From Monocercomonoides exilis PA203 (taxonomy: Eukaryota > Protista > Preaxostyla): a stretch of 64,000 nucleotides of DNA. The translations under genes were made by a program, and so were the position numbers. This document shows positions 24,748 through 38,415 of the stretch, in pieces; position 1 is the stretch's first letter, and every line of letters begins with the position of its first letter. The stretch lies in the NCBI GenBank assembly GCA_001643675.2, contig LSRY02000063.1, positions 1 to 64,000 on the forward strand, given 5' to 3'. The notes under the pieces were generated by a model. It searched no databases. It was given only the letters and a program-made list of their open reading frames with translations, and was not told where the DNA came from.

Positions 24748-27700
24748 TCAACTCGAGCTGATGTTATAATAAGAGGTCAGCAACTGCTGCTGTTCTGTAG
24801 AGAGCGCAGCGCATGTCTGTGTCCATGCGCTTTGCGACCGGCAGACCCCAGCTATTTTCGACAGGACCTCGTAAAGACGCGTCTTCGCTTCGGCAGCAAT
24901 CGGATCTGAGGCAGGCGGATACGGCGATCCCATCGTCGGCACAACAGGATTCAGCGAAAGCAGCGCAGAAAGCAGCAGCGGAAGGTCCGCAGCAAACGGC
25001 GTGTAGTTGCTGGCCTTGATCATCTCGCATAGCCCCACCGCCGCCGACGTCACGGTGTACTTCCCCAGGTTCAGCGAGCGGTGCTCCACAGCCGCCAGGA
25101 AAGAGCGTGCCAGCGACGGACACTGCTGCAGGAACGACAGCGTCGGCAGCGAGCCAGGCGCAGCCAGCGCGGCCGCCACAGGCTGCGGGAAGGACGCCCC
25201 GACGCGGCAGAGGCAGTCTGCGCAGTGTGCAGCATACGCAAAGGCCGGGTGGTCGGGCGTGGCTGGCTCGTCCTCCCGCGACGGCACAGCCGAGTGCGGC
25301 AGCGGGATCGGCGCAATGGAGGTGGGCGTGGACGTGATGATCGGCGCTGCATACAGCATCATCGGCACCAGCGCATGCAGCATCTGCGGCAGAAACGGCG
25401 CCAGCGACGACGCATTCATGCACCCCACAATTATCTCGCTCGCACACCGCACAGCCGCCGTGGACACCGAGAAATGGCTCAGCGCATGGTCTGACACACG
25501 CTCAAAGTTCAGCGCAGGCGTGGGCGGCGGCTGGCCTGCAGCACACACACCAGCAATTCATCAAACAATTTTCGGTTGAAACAATAATAATAACAATCAA
25601 AAATAAAAAAACAAAACAAACCAGCAGCAACAATGTGTCCAGGGATCATCCGCAGCAGAACAAGCGGAAAGAGATCAGCCAGCAGCGACTGAGGCGCGGC
25701 AGAGATACCCAGCAGCGAGGCACACTCGCTTGTGCGGAACAGCTCGTCAGGCAGCTTCGTCGTGAGCGTCACCGGCACATACACCGCCAGGTTCATCAGC
25801 GTCTGCAGCGCCGACCGCAGCAGAAACGGCGCCCGCGACCGGCACGCCGCCATCAGCGCCACGGCAAACGGGCTCTGGATAAACAGCGCATTCAGCAGCT
25901 TCTCTGCCGGCGTCGTCTTGATGAACGAGCTCAGCACGTTGAACGCCGCCGTCGCCGACACCGCCTCGCTCTCTTCGTAGTTGTCCCCGTCGAAGTCCAA
26001 GTTCCACGTCTGCTGCACCGTCTTCCCCCGCGCCCGCTGCTCCGCCTCGTACCGCGTCTGCTCCGTCTTCTCCTCCCCAAGCACCATCCCGATGATCCCC
26101 GTGCAGTACTTGAAGATGTCCACCGAGTAGCTCTCCAGCGCCGCCCCTGTGATGTTGTGCACCAGGTTCGCAATCGACATCAGGATCTGCGGAACAAGAA
26201 TCTCGTCCTTCTGCGGCAGGTTGTACAGCTTCTTCAGCAGCTGCCCCATCAGCGCACTCAGCACCTCCGCCGACCGGAACAGCGCCCCCGCCGCATTCAC
26301 AATCGCATCAATCACCTCACACAGCGTCCGCACATTCCGCTTCTGGTACTTGTCGAACGCCACAAACACATTCTGCAGCAGCGTCACCACATACGGCCGG
26401 ATCCGGCTGTGCGCCTCTTCCACAACATAAATGATCGATGTGCACGCCGACCGCTGCACCTGTTTATTCCCCACGCAAACCCATCCACAAATAAATGAGA
26501 GAGAAAATGAATGAATGAATAAGAGAATGATAAAATTTGTTTCAATGAAAAATAAAAATAAAAATAAATCAAACCACTTTGAATGTGTCGAGCATCCCGT
26601 TCACAAACACCCCCAGCGCCTTCGTCAGCATCTGCCTGTCTGCTGCCCGGTGGATCGGGCGCCCAGCCTTCTCCATCTCCGCCTCCTCCTCGTGGTACCC
26701 GTTCTTCACATCCTCTGCGTCCAGAGGCCCGCACAGCCACCGCGCATACCGCCCCAGCGCCCAGTGGCAGATCATCCGGATCAGCGGGTGCTTGTCCTGC
26801 GCCAGGCTCTCCAGCCACGGCACCAGCGTCGGCACAATGCTCGCCATCGCCCTGTCCGTCGAGCAGTACTTCCCCAGCAGCCCCGTGCAGAACACCGCGC
26901 TCTCCCGCTCCAGCCACTTCTCCTCCCCTTCCATCTGCAGCAGCCGCCCAATCACTCCCGTCGCCGCCTGCACCACCTCCTCCGGGAAGTACCAGCTCAG
27001 CAGCTCAAACGCATTCCCGCAGTTCTTCCGCGGCGTCGCCGTGCTCGCCATCTGCTCCGCAATCGCATCGTCCTCCAGGTCTTCCTCGTCCCTCTTCTTC
27101 TGCAGCGCTGCCTCTGCCCCTGTCGTGTCGGCCACTATCGTCGGCGCAATGCTCTTGTCGTCGTCCACCCGGCTTTGGTCTGTGCTCAGCGAGTTTTGGA
27201 ACTCAAACAGATCCACATCGCTGTACTGCATCAGCTCTATCAGCTTCGGGATGAGACTTGAAATGGAACACATACACACAAACACACACACAAAATATCA
27301 GAATAATCAATAAAAAATTGAATGAAAATGAATTGAATGAATTTATTTCCTTTTTCTTTCAAAACTGATAAAAAGAGAGAAAGAATCACACATTGGAATC
27401 GCTTGCTTCACTTGTTCGTTTTTGATGAGAACATTTCCCTTCTCCCCTTCCTCCGTCCACGGCACCTCCACAAACGTCCGCACAAAGTCCACTGCCTCCG
27501 CCACCACATCCGCATTGCCCGACGAAAGATGGCTGATCGCAAACTGCAGCAGCGGCGTCAAATACGGCAGCAGTGGGTGTGTCAGCGGCGCCCCAGGCGA
27601 TGTGCACACACACGGAAAGCTCACAAGCGCGCTGAACGATTTGAACACCTCTTCAATCACAGCCGCCTCGCTGTGCCCGGCACACGCAAACAGACACTGC

Positions 27701-29140
27701 AGCACACACCCCACAAAAACAGCATTCATTCATTCATTCATTCAACCAATCACAACATTTTGGTGAATAAACACATGCACAGTTGAAGAGATGAAGAATT
27801 CACAATTCAATATGAAATTGAAAATGAATAAAAAAAAAAGGAAAGGAAAGGAAAGGAAAGGAAAAGGAAAAGAAAGATAGATGATGGATATGAAAATTGA
27901 ATAGTTCTTAATGAAAGAGGAAGAGAGAGAGAGAAAGAAAGAAATGCATCACCTTCAGATATGGTTCCAGTTTGCCTCCTTCCATAAACGTAATCGGCGA
28001 GTCTGTCGAAAACGCACGCACCATCTGCAGCACATCGCAGATGATGCGCACAGGCGTGGGGATTGGCGCCTGCGACGTGGTTGTCACGTAGGTCGGGTTC
28101 GCAAACGGCAGCAGCAAGTCAATCAGCTGCGACACTTCGCTGAACAAGCCACGCAAAATAAATCATCATTCCCCAAAAACAAAAACAAAAAATAAAATTA
28201 AAATAAAACCAAAAGATCTGTGCACACTTCTTCGTAAACTGCGATTTGATGATTTTCTCGTTGTCTTCAATGAGAACTGAAAGACACTTCGCTGCTCCTT
28301 CTGCAAACGTTTTCATGTCTCCCTTTTTCGTCACCTCCAGCAGCTGCCCAATCAACGGAAGCAGCTGCACATATCCTGAAAGGCAAAAGCAAAAGCAAAA
28401 ACAAAAGCAAAAAGAAAAATGAAAATGAATAAAGAAAGAAAAGAAAGAAAAGAAAGAAAGAAAGAAAAGAAAGAAAAGAAAGAAAGAAAGAAAAGAAAGA
28501 AAAGAAAGAAAAGAAAGAAAAGAAAGAAAAGAAAGAAAAGAAAGAAAGAAAGAAAAGAAAGAAAAGAAAGAAAAGAAAGAAAAGAAAGAAAAGAAAGAAA
28601 AGAAAGAAAAGAAAGAAAAGAAAGAAAAGAAAGAAAAGAAAGAAAAGAAAGAAAAGAAAGAAAAGAAAAGGCAAACCTCTTTTAACAAATGAAGAAATCA
28701 GAGATGCCAGCGTAGATCGCAGCACCGAGTTCTCATCCCCAATACACCCCAACACTTGTCGAAAAACTTCATTTTTCATTTCTTCTGAAAAATGATAATT
28801 CTTATCTTCAACAACTTGTTTCAAGAAAGTGACCGCGTACTGCCGGTGGTAGAACACCAGTGACTTGTCGCAAATAACCGCCGCAAGATACACCGGGTAG
28901 TTCGGCACAGCCTTCGCGTATTCTTTCAGTTTCTAAATCCCAAATCATTGTTCACATCAACAAACATCTCAACAATCAGCCGGCACCACAAAAGCGGGCG
29001 CCAGCCTGTGTGCATACGCTCTCCGACGTGTTCACCAGCCCGTTCGCCTCCTTCGAGAAGTTCACCACCGTCTGCTTTATTTCTTCATAAGCCGAAGGAT
29101 TTATCTGGCTCTGCTGCGCAGCGACGCCCCAACCATTCAT
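24748..29140 (-). CDS. TNPO1: Transportin-1 / importin beta-2 (karyopherin), 8 exons
   Basis: Motifs WLERESAVFCTGLLG, QDKHPLIRMICHWALGRYARW, LDTFKVVQRSACTSI and AFDKYQKRNVRTL match transportin HEAT repeats, with an acidic loop (EEDLEDD). GT-AG introns at 28933-29017, 28376-28676, 28140-28227, 27697-27952, 27257-27391, 26460-26574 and 25536-25621 join the frames. Start MNGWGVAAQQ at 29140, TGA at 24748. Confidence 0.9.
28431..28670. repeat. (AAAGAAAAG)n microsatellite in transportin intron 2
   Basis: Tandem 9-bp purine units visible directly. Confidence 0.95.
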
Positions 29141-29466
29141 CAAACAAAATCACACTCAAAAAAGCATTTCTGAAAGCAACAAAAACGCAATACCATTCAA
29201 CAAAATCGCTCAGAAAAGCTGATTTCCAAATGAAAATTACAAATTATAAATGCTTCGATCATCCACTTTTTCAACATCAACAAAGCAAAATCCAAAAATA
29301 ATATTTTTTCATTGTTATATGTGTTTTTCTCTCTCCAAAAAAAAAAAATATTCAAAGAGAGAATTTGCCAATCCTTTCCTGTGAAAGATTATTGTTTTGA
29401 TGAAAACTATATTTCTTTTTTTTTCTGTTTAAAATTTGATATTGTTTCAGAAAACGCAAAAATTCA

Positions 29467-29844
29467 ATGAAAAACAGCGAGAAAGAATTGATGAATGCAA
29501 GTGATTTCAAAGAATCTTCCACTGTTTTCTCAAAGGAATTGTTCATTGGTTCTGTTTTTATAACTGAAGAAATGAAAATGTCAATGGGGAATGTGTTTGT
29601 GTTGAAAAAACATGAGAATGGAACGGAGGGGGAAAAAGTTAGAAAGCATTCCTTTGGAGACGATTTGAGAAGATGGTTGAAGAAAAGGAATGTGAAAAGG
29701 AAGAAAACAACAAAAAGTCGCTTGTTTGTCTTTGAGAATGTCTTCTTCGATTCCATTCCAGATGCTTCTGCATCTCAAAAAGACTGGCTCATAATAGCGC
29801 ATCCTTCCAAAAAAAGGAAACAAAATTGGCATGACTGTGGATGA
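29467..29844 (+). pseudogene. Degenerate fragment of the lineage-specific helical protein family (paralogous to 33833-35336)
   Basis: VFSKELF..ITEEMKMSMGNVFVLKK resembles VLMKELFNKINKMMEEEKISIGNSILLLK; the frame shifts afterwards. Confidence 0.5.
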
Positions 29845-30213
29845 CAAACTCGCTAAAAAGCAAAACAAATGCATTTTTTTATTTCTTGACAGCTGTTTAT
29901 CAGCTCTTCAAGATTGTTGAAAGGTTGGTGCTTTGGAGCTGATTGAAAAAGCTATTTATCCACATGGCCAGTTCCAATTCCACAACAAAACGATTCCAGA
30001 TGTCAAGTTGTTTTGCTCGACTCATTGTGTCATTTTCAGCTGAACTGAAAAGAACACAAAAATGAAGAATGAGGTACTTTTTGTTGATTGTTTTCATTTT
30101 TCAAATGAAATGAAATTCCGCTCAGGGAAAAAAAAATAAAATAAAAAACGGACGATTCAGAAGGGAAACATGCTGAAATGGCAAAAGTAAATTGCTTTCC
30201 GAAGCAACCAAAA

Positions 30214-31667
30214 TTATCTGGAGAAACTCTTCAAAAGAATTTGATTATCTCGACTTGAACAGAAAAAGCTCAAAAAAGCATCCTCAAATCCTTCCTCCTC
30301 CAGATTCTCAAACAGATCCTTCTTCGCAATCTTTCTTTTCTCTTCGTCACTTTGTTCCTTTGGAGTCGCACTCAAACTCTCAAAAATGTCACAAATTGTT
30401 TTTGTGCATTTCTCTTTCATTCCGATTCTTATTGTTGATTGCTGCATTTCTTGGAGAAAGACATCGACTGCTCCACCTTTCAGCAGATCGCCCACGTATC
30501 CAGCATCTTTGCTCACCATGTATCGAAATAGCCCAAAGCATTCGCTGAACACTTCTCGGCAGCTTTCCTTTGCTGAAGTGATTGTTTTTGCCACACAACG
30601 AACAAATTCAGCACATTCAGCACAGTGCATCCTGCTGTTCGAAAAGAAAGACCAAAGCGTGCCAAACCACCTCCGAATCATCCTCACCTCTTTCCTCTTT
30701 TTCACTCTTCTTTCTGTTTTCTCCCAATCGACTCCATTCTTCAGTTCTTCCAGCTCTCTTGCTGCCTCCCTCATCAAATCCAGCTCCTTCACAATCACTT
30801 TTTCCAGTTCTCTCTCTTTTCCAATTCTCTTCACAAAAAACAGCCAGGCCGATTGTGATGCAAGATGGGTGAGGTTGCGATGCTCTTCGTGGTATTCGAT
30901 GATTTCTGCCATCTCGCTCACATATCTCTCTTTTTCAATGGGCTTATCAAAGTTTTCACAACAGATGGAGTTATCCATTTCACATATTTTTATTTTGAAA
31001 AAAGAAAAGAAAAAGAAAGAAAGAAAAGAAAAAGAAAAGAAAAAGAAAAATCGGAATATTCATACCGCAAAATCAGGAATGCAACTCAAAGCCAGCAACG
31101 CCATCTCCACCTCTTTTTGTCTTTCCTCGCTTTCCTCCTTGCTCAGCGCAACTTCCAGAAGGCAGGGCTGGCAAACCAGAAGGAGTTCGGGCTCGAAAGA
31201 AAAATAAAACTGAAAAAGGGACAGGTGGCATTCGCAAACATCCACAAGCAGCTTTTTGTTTTTTCTCTCGTTTTTCTTTTCTTCCTCAACAGCCATCTTC
31301 GCAAGCCTTTTGCTCAGCTGCGATTCGTCGAAACCAAAAGATGCAATGCTCTCCATCATTTTACAGCGTCCCATCTGCTTCAACAACAAAATCGCCTTTT
31401 CCAAAGACAGTTCCTCATCTTCAATCATTTGGCCTATTTCGTTGAACATCTCCGCAGAATAGAGTGTTTCCAGATTCCGCTCATCCATTTCTGAAATGGC
31501 CTCATTCAGCACCTCGAGCACTTCGATTTCATCATCATCACAGCTGCTTTTCACCGAAGAAAAAATATCTGAAATAAAAAATGAATTAAAAAGAAAATGA
31601 AAAACACTGCCAAGTGAACAGCAAATAATGCTCAATGCAAATCTGGAAACTGGTCGGCCAAATGCAT
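30214..31667 (-). CDS. Lineage-specific alpha-helical (ARM-like) repeat family protein
   Basis: ORFs 31060..31635 and 30214..30978 are joined by GT-AG intron 30943-31065 (PDFA|PIEKERY). Motifs KEVEMALLALS and IIEYHEEHRNLTHLASQSAW are shared with 33833-35336. The 5' exon (MHLADQFP) is tentative. Confidence 0.75.
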
Positions 31668-33832
31668 GTGCTCAATTTCCTTTTTTCTCCACCTTCCAAA
31701 AAACGAAAAATAATGCTTTTTGTCAAAACAAGGAAAAAAAATGGTTCAAATGAAAAAATAAAATAAACTGTTTCCATGGAATTTGTGAAATATTGACTAT
31801 TCACTTTGTGAAAGAGAACATTGTGTTGGTTGATGATGAAATGAATTCTTTCAAAATGAAGAAATATTTGCTCAGTTGTTTCAGGATAAATCAGATGAAA
31901 TTGCTGGTGAATCTTCAAAATGAATCAGACCATGTTTGTCAAAAAAGAAGAAGAAAATCTTTTGAGCAGCATCTCGAAAATCCATTATTCCACAAATCTT
32001 GAGAGTTCGACCATTTTTGGTTCGACGAACATTGAAAATAAAAAGCAGCTGAGCAAACAGCATTTGAACACGAAAAGTCTCCCTTTTCTGCAGGTCCCTT
32101 CTTCTTTCTCCTCTCCTTATTTCTCTCCCCAAGCTCGCATCCACTTCCACCTTCGCTTCTGCCTCTGTCTTTCTCCCACTTCCTCCATAGACCTCCATTC
32201 AACAAGCTTGGAATCTCTGCTTTTATCAAATTCAAACATTCCATATTCCCCATCTCACAAGCAAGTTGGCCTTGGTTCTTCCAACTGCATTCTCAATCAG
32301 AATTCCAAATGGGCAGCCCCACACTCAGCATCCAAGAACATAACCATTTTTGGATCTTGAGAAAGAATGCTCAGTTTCATGATTTTCCCTTGTCAGCAGA
32401 TAAATATTCACAAATGGCAATGTCTTGCTTGATTTTGTGCCTGTCGTTGTTTCACAGGATTCCGAAGCAAACAAATCACATGTGATGTTGGTGTGTTGTT
32501 TGGCCATTCTAACTGCTTTTCCTTTTTTCCTTTTTTTTTTTCTGATGAAATGAAATGAATATCAAAGCGGAAAACAGAAATGGAAGATTGAGATGGTTGT
32601 AGCAAATGAATGGAGCTTGCTGAACCCTTCAAAAACTGCTTCATAGCAGAGGCAAGGAAGACTCATAATAAGCACATGCAGTTGCGCTCTGCTCTTTTGA
32701 AAGAAGACACAGCAATCAGTGGAAGCACAGAAGGCGTTGAAAAACAGAAAATCAATTTTATTTCCTGAAAGCGAGTCAACAACGGAGCAGTTGCATCGCT
32801 GTGCAACCTCAAACAAGAAGCACTTCTTCTCCAAACTGATATTAATTTTTTTTCAAAAGAACACACATTTCCCTTCTTTTTGTAAAAGCAGAAGATTGTT
32901 CAATCCCTTTTGCGATTAACTCCCTTTTCACATGCTTCCCAGCGCTTTTTTCTCCTTCTGCCTTTTGTTCCCACCAAGCATCCTGCTTTTGATGCTGCCA
33001 TCCGCTTTCATCATTCAAAAATATTTCTTCATTCATTTTTTACAGGAGCTGTCCAATTATTCGCATTCGTCTTTTTCCTCTTTGTCCAAATGCTTTTCTG
33101 CTGAATTTGTTTTTCAGCACCAGAATCTTTGAATGTCAAAAACATGCAATTCTTATCTGCTGATTGCCACTCCGCATTCAGCTCTCCTGTGGTGCTCTGT
33201 TTCTCGAAGATAAGATTTCCTCATTCATAATATTCGGCACATTCTCTGATTTTGTGAGGATGAAAACCGTGGAGAAATACCATGATGAAAAAGGGCAATA
33301 AAAAAAATTCAAACAAAAAGTGATGGAAGTTCGCTGTTTCAGAAAAAGAATATTATTTGCGGTTCATATTTGAAAATCTTCTCACAAAAACTTCCTTCTT
33401 TTCATTTTTATTCTTATTATTTTTTTCAACCTCTGCATCATATAATACTTCTTATTCTGCGAGGAATGTTCATTTGGCTTTTCTCAGATCTTGTTGATCT
33501 AATATTTCCGTCTTCCGCACACCATAATTTAAAGCAGCCATAACATTTTCTATCAAAAGACAAAGCGTTGATTTATCTCTTGAATTGCAAGCCAGAAATG
33601 CTTATGGACAAAAGAATTGTGTGGATGCTGCGAATATTTATTTTTCATCTATTTTGTCACATTAAACGTGTGCACAATCGATGTGAATGATAAATTGCGG
33701 ATGCTATCTGGGTGGACCGCTTTGGCGAAATGCAGGGAATGAATGCCTGCCAAAAATTTGGTGGTTTGTGATCATAGTTATTTTCAGGATCATGATGATG
33801 GCGTTTCTTTCCTTTTTTCTTTGTTTTTGAAG

Positions 33833-35336
33833 AATTGTTATCCGAGCTGGAAAATTGCGATGAAGACGTACAAAAACAGAAGATTGAAGAAATGATTGGG
33901 GCAATGGACGACATGGACAGAGAAGAACTCAATTCTGTTTTAATGAAAGAGCTATTCAACAAAATCAACAAAATGATGGAGGAAGAGAAAATATCAATTG
34001 GAAATTCAATTTTGCTGTTGAAGTCCGTGGGATATTGCAGAGTGTTGAAATATTTATATAGCACGCGCTTTGATGAATCTTTGTTGCGCGAACGATTCGA
34101 GAAGATGATAAATGATGAAAATGAGAAGAAAAAGGAAGAAAAGGATGAAAAGCTTCTTGATGATCTTTGCGAATGCTTTCTTTTGCTTCATGAGAATATT
34201 TCAAGAGAATTTGCTTCAATATGTGCCCGTTATCTTCTGAAAGTTGCACTGAAGAGAGAAGAAAGCGATGATATTCAAAGTGAAGTGGAAATGGCTTTGC
34301 TTACGTTGAGCAAAATTGACTTTGAAGTTGTTTGGATTTGACTTTTTTTTGATTTTTTTTGATTTTTTTTGATTTTTTTTGATTTTTTTTGATTTTTTTT
34401 GATTTTTTTTGATTTTTTTGATTTTTTTTGATTTTTTTTGATTTTTTTGATTTTTTTGATTTTTTTTGATTTTTTTGATTTTTTTGATTTTTTTTGATTT
34501 TTTTTGATTTTTTTGATTTTTTTTGATTTTTTTTGATTTTTTTTGATTTTTTTTGTTATGATATATTTTGATAGAACGTTGAAAAAGAGCTGTATTTGAA
34601 GGAAATCAAAGAAATCATCAAATATCAGAAAGAACATCATAACCTGACACGACTTGCTTATCAGTCTGCTTGGCAATTTTTTTTACACAGATTAGTGAGT
34701 GATGGAAGCTTGGAGGAAGAGATTGAGAATGAGCTGGATTTTGTGAAAGAGGCAACAAGAGAATTGGAAGAGCTTTCAAATGGAGTGGATTGGAAGAAAA
34801 AAGAAAAGACGAAAAAGGAAAAGGAAAACATTTTCGTGATTGAAAGATGGTGCGATGCAATTAATAAATTGATAGATGTTGAACGAAGTTTAAATGTGGA
34901 AGAGTACATAAAGCTGATTCGTTGCCTTGTGGCTCTGTGCAGAGCAGCAAGAGGGAACGAACAGGAAATAATGGAAGGATGCATGAATGCTTTTCAATTT
35001 ATGTCATTCTCTGAAACTGTTGGTGTTGGCGTATTTTTGAAGGAAGGAGTTGTTGATCTGGTTTCAGAGGAAATGAAAGGGCAAACATGGAAAGACTTTT
35101 CGGTTTCATATTGCTTGCGATTTTTTGAAAGGCTTTCAAATGGATTGAAAAGAAAGACAGACTATGAAGACAAAGAAAAAGAAAGGAAGGAGACGAAAAG
35201 ACGGATGTTTGAGAAGATGGAAGAAGAAGGATACGAAGGTTTCATTACAAGCGCTTACGAAATTATCCCTTTCATGAACGAAAGCTATTTTTCTCATTTG
35301 CCTTTTCTTATTGAAGATTATGTTGTAAATTTGTAA
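33833..35336 (+). CDS. Lineage-specific alpha-helical repeat family protein (5' exon not resolved)
   Basis: ORFs 33835..34341 and 34596..35336 are joined in frame by GT-AG intron 34330-34574 (DFEV|NVEKELY). Motifs SEVEMALLTLS and IIKYQKEHHNLTRLAYQSAWQF; same intron position as the 30.2-31.6 kb paralogue. Confidence 0.8.
34342..34555. repeat. (GAT7-8)n microsatellite filling an intron
   Basis: About 20 tandem gattttttt(t) units. Confidence 0.95.
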
Positions 35337-36183
35337 AAAAAAAAAAAAAAAAGAATAAGAGATTTTATTGTTATTATAATAAATATTATTATTTGCAATT
35401 GCAAGTCAACATTTTTCTTTTTGAATCATTTCACAATTTGGCAAACACTCTTTTGTGACTTTCACAAAAATCGATGGATTTTGTATCCTCATTCATTTTT
35501 TGCAAGAAATATAAAACAGATTTTCATTGAAAGCACTTTGCCAGAATTAATATTATGTTTGTTAATAAATTCGAAAATACAGATCTTTTTGGCTGTGTCA
35601 ATCGAAGCAAAGAAACAAAAGTTTTATTTGATTCTCAAAAAAGAGAAAAGAATGAATATCGAAAGATAATCCAACATTCTAATTATTTCTATGATTTCAA
35701 AATTAATATTTGTCAAATCTTTTGTTCAATTGCATTTTGCATATTTTCACAGTTTCATGTTGAGTCGAATTGTCTGCCATTTGCGAAGAAGGGACTTGAC
35801 TTATCAGCAAACATCGATCTGAAAAAACTACAATTACATTTGTTCTAAATTGTTTTCCTCCAAAAACATGAATTCGTTTAATCAAAAAAGGAAGGGCTTC
35901 ATTTTTTCATTTTCGGTGTAAGTTGAAGACTTTTTCAATAAGCAAAGATTTTATATAATATCTTGCTTTTTATTGAATTTTCTAATGCAAATTGTTAAAC
36001 ATCTTGCATTTAATTTTTTCAAAACAAATGAAAACGAAATCAAAAAGCACTTAATTTTAGTGACATTTCATATTAAAGATAAGAAAAAATACATCCAAAA
36101 GCAATTGTTAAAATATAAAAAAAGATCCATTAAAGATCTTCACTTATTTGTACATTAACTTCAAGCAAAAACGGCAAATTGTA

Positions 36184-36669
36184 TTATCTTGGAAAGTTTG
36201 GCGGAGGAAGTCGTTTGGGAATTGGAGGGGGGCGATTTTTCGGAATTGGAGGAGGCCCTGCCTTTGGAAGTGGAGGTGGCATTTTTGGATGTCCAATAGG
36301 TTGCTTTGGAGCTGAGCTTGGTGATGAAGCAATTGGTGGAGGTCCGCGATATGATGCAGGCGATGGTGAAGTTGAAGGTTGATGCATTGCAGGTGACGGA
36401 ATTGGTGAATTGCTTGCAACTGGAGGTGTCCTTTGAGGAAATGGATCTGGAGAAGCTTGAGGAAATGAAGGAACTGTTGAAGCAGTTGGTGCATTAACAA
36501 GAGGATATCCTGGTGGATAAGAACATATTCTCATTCCGCTAGGAAGCCCTGAACGAAAAACTTTTTCTGGGATTGGTGTTGAAGGCATCGTCAAAGGAAC
36601 AAGACCAATATTAAAGGTCCAACGACCACTTTGTGGAGTGTCTACAGTATTTTTAAATCCAGTGGCCAT
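36184..36669 (-). CDS. Small proline-rich protein, possible WIP/verprolin-like motif
   Basis: 161-aa ORF from ATG 36669; C-terminal PPPLPKAGPPPIPKNRPPPIPKRLPPP SH3-ligand-type repeats. Confidence 0.65.
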   Translation of the reverse strand: MATGFKNTVDTPQSGRWTFNIGLVPLTMPSTPIPEKVFRSGLPSGMRICSYPPGYPLVNAPTASTVPSFPQASPDPFPQRTPPVASNSPIPSPAMHQPSTSPSPASYRGPPPIASSPSSAPKQPIGHPKMPPPLPKAGPPPIPKNRPPPIPKRLPPPNFPR

Positions 36670-38415
36670 CAATCAGAATATCTTTTTATGATTGAAATAA
36701 AAAAAAATAACCTTTTGTATGATCTGTAACCTAAATATTTTTTGGAAAACTGTGTTCAGGAATTTTTTCACAACATTTGGAATACTGAAAATTGCTACTC
36801 AATTTAAAAAAATAAAAATAAAAATAAAAAAAAAACCTGAACAATAATTCATATTTTTATCTTTCAACACAAAAAATGTTTTTTCCTATCTCCAAAACTT
36901 TGAAGTTTTTGATAATTTTTTGAATAAAAATGTCTTGATTAAAGACCCAACATGTTTAAAGGGGGAAGCATTCGAAAATTAAAAAGTTGATATTGCATAT
37001 TTTCTTTATCGATTTTTGAGGAAATTAAAGAAAAAAAATGAGCTTTTCTTTTTTTCTTTTTTTTTCGTAATATTCTCCTTCAGAATCTAAGATTTGTTAA
37101 GTCTAATCAATTGTTTTTCATCTATTAATTTGATTTCAGATGATAATGATAAGTAAAATGAAGAAGGTGAAGAAGAAGAGGCTGAGGATATGCAGATGAA
37201 GGTCAAAAAGCAGCACTTTTCATTTACTCTGTCAGATTGATTTTTAATAAAAAATGTTGCAGTTAAAAGAGCTGATGGCGGCAACAGATATGATAAGCTA
37301 AATGAGAACAAAAGATCAAATAAGTGCCCTCATAATGATGCACCACTAAATATAATGTGATTTCTGAGGTATGCGAATCTTCGAACTGATATATATGAAG
37401 AAGATCTTGACTTTGTTTTTGGTGAATGTGAGGCAACAAGATACAATGCTTCATCAATTAGCTGCAAAAGAATCCAACGCAATTGGTGAATATAAGGCGC
37501 ATGAGAGCAATGGTTGCTGATATGATATTCGTAATGTCTTTGGGACTGATGGAACTTCTTTTGTATGACTTATCCTGATAATCCACTTGCAGGTGTTAAA
37601 TATCTATGTATCAATTGATGTTGTTTCTCCTTTTATTACGAAAGATCAGATAATTTTTCATAAGGATATAACCTTTTAAGTATATTGCTCTTTCTTGCAA
37701 TTGATTAAAAAAATAGGATTATCGGTTATTGTATTCATACGATAAAAAAGCAATTCTTTCAATGTTCCACATCCAATCAAAAATTAATAAAAGTAAAATG
37801 GCCATTACTGAACAAAGAATTCAACAAATTTATTAAAAAGTTTGCATCTGTCATTGCAACGAGCATTCAAAGAATTTAAATTTTTAATTTACTGCAAGAG
37901 AGTTTCATCAAAATAAATCTTGAGACAATCCATTTCTTGATCGCAAACGCAATTTTCACAATTAAATAGCTAAATGTTATTCTTCTGCAACTTTGTTTAT
38001 TTTTGTCATTGGATGGTTAATGCATTTGTTCGATTAATCCTTTTTTGTTAGCAAGTTTTCATTTCTTTCATCTTCAATAAGACATCACTTCATAGTAATT
38101 TATTAAAAAAATTCCCAAGGAAACAAGATTTTACGGTAATTTCCATATTTGTATTTTCTTTTATGCATTCGTCATTAATGTTTGAAAAAAAATAAATTCA
38201 CGTGAATCAATTCAATAATTCAAGATTTTTCTCTAAATCCAACAAATTAATTTTGTACTTTCAAAATTTATAAAATTTATAAAAGAATAATAAAAATAGA
38301 ATTAGATTATATAATAATTTTAAAAGAGATTGTCACTGAAATTACTATTTATTTAATTCAAATAGTTTTTTTCCAACAGAAATAAAAAAAAAAAAGACCA
38401 AACATTGAATAAATT

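Noticed and set aside
24764-28195. Long + strand and alternative-frame ORFs over transportin
   Set aside because: Shadow ORFs caused by high GC3.
37263-37700. Coding-like composition between the Pro-rich gene and amylase
   Set aside because: Stops in the frames examined and no family recognisable.
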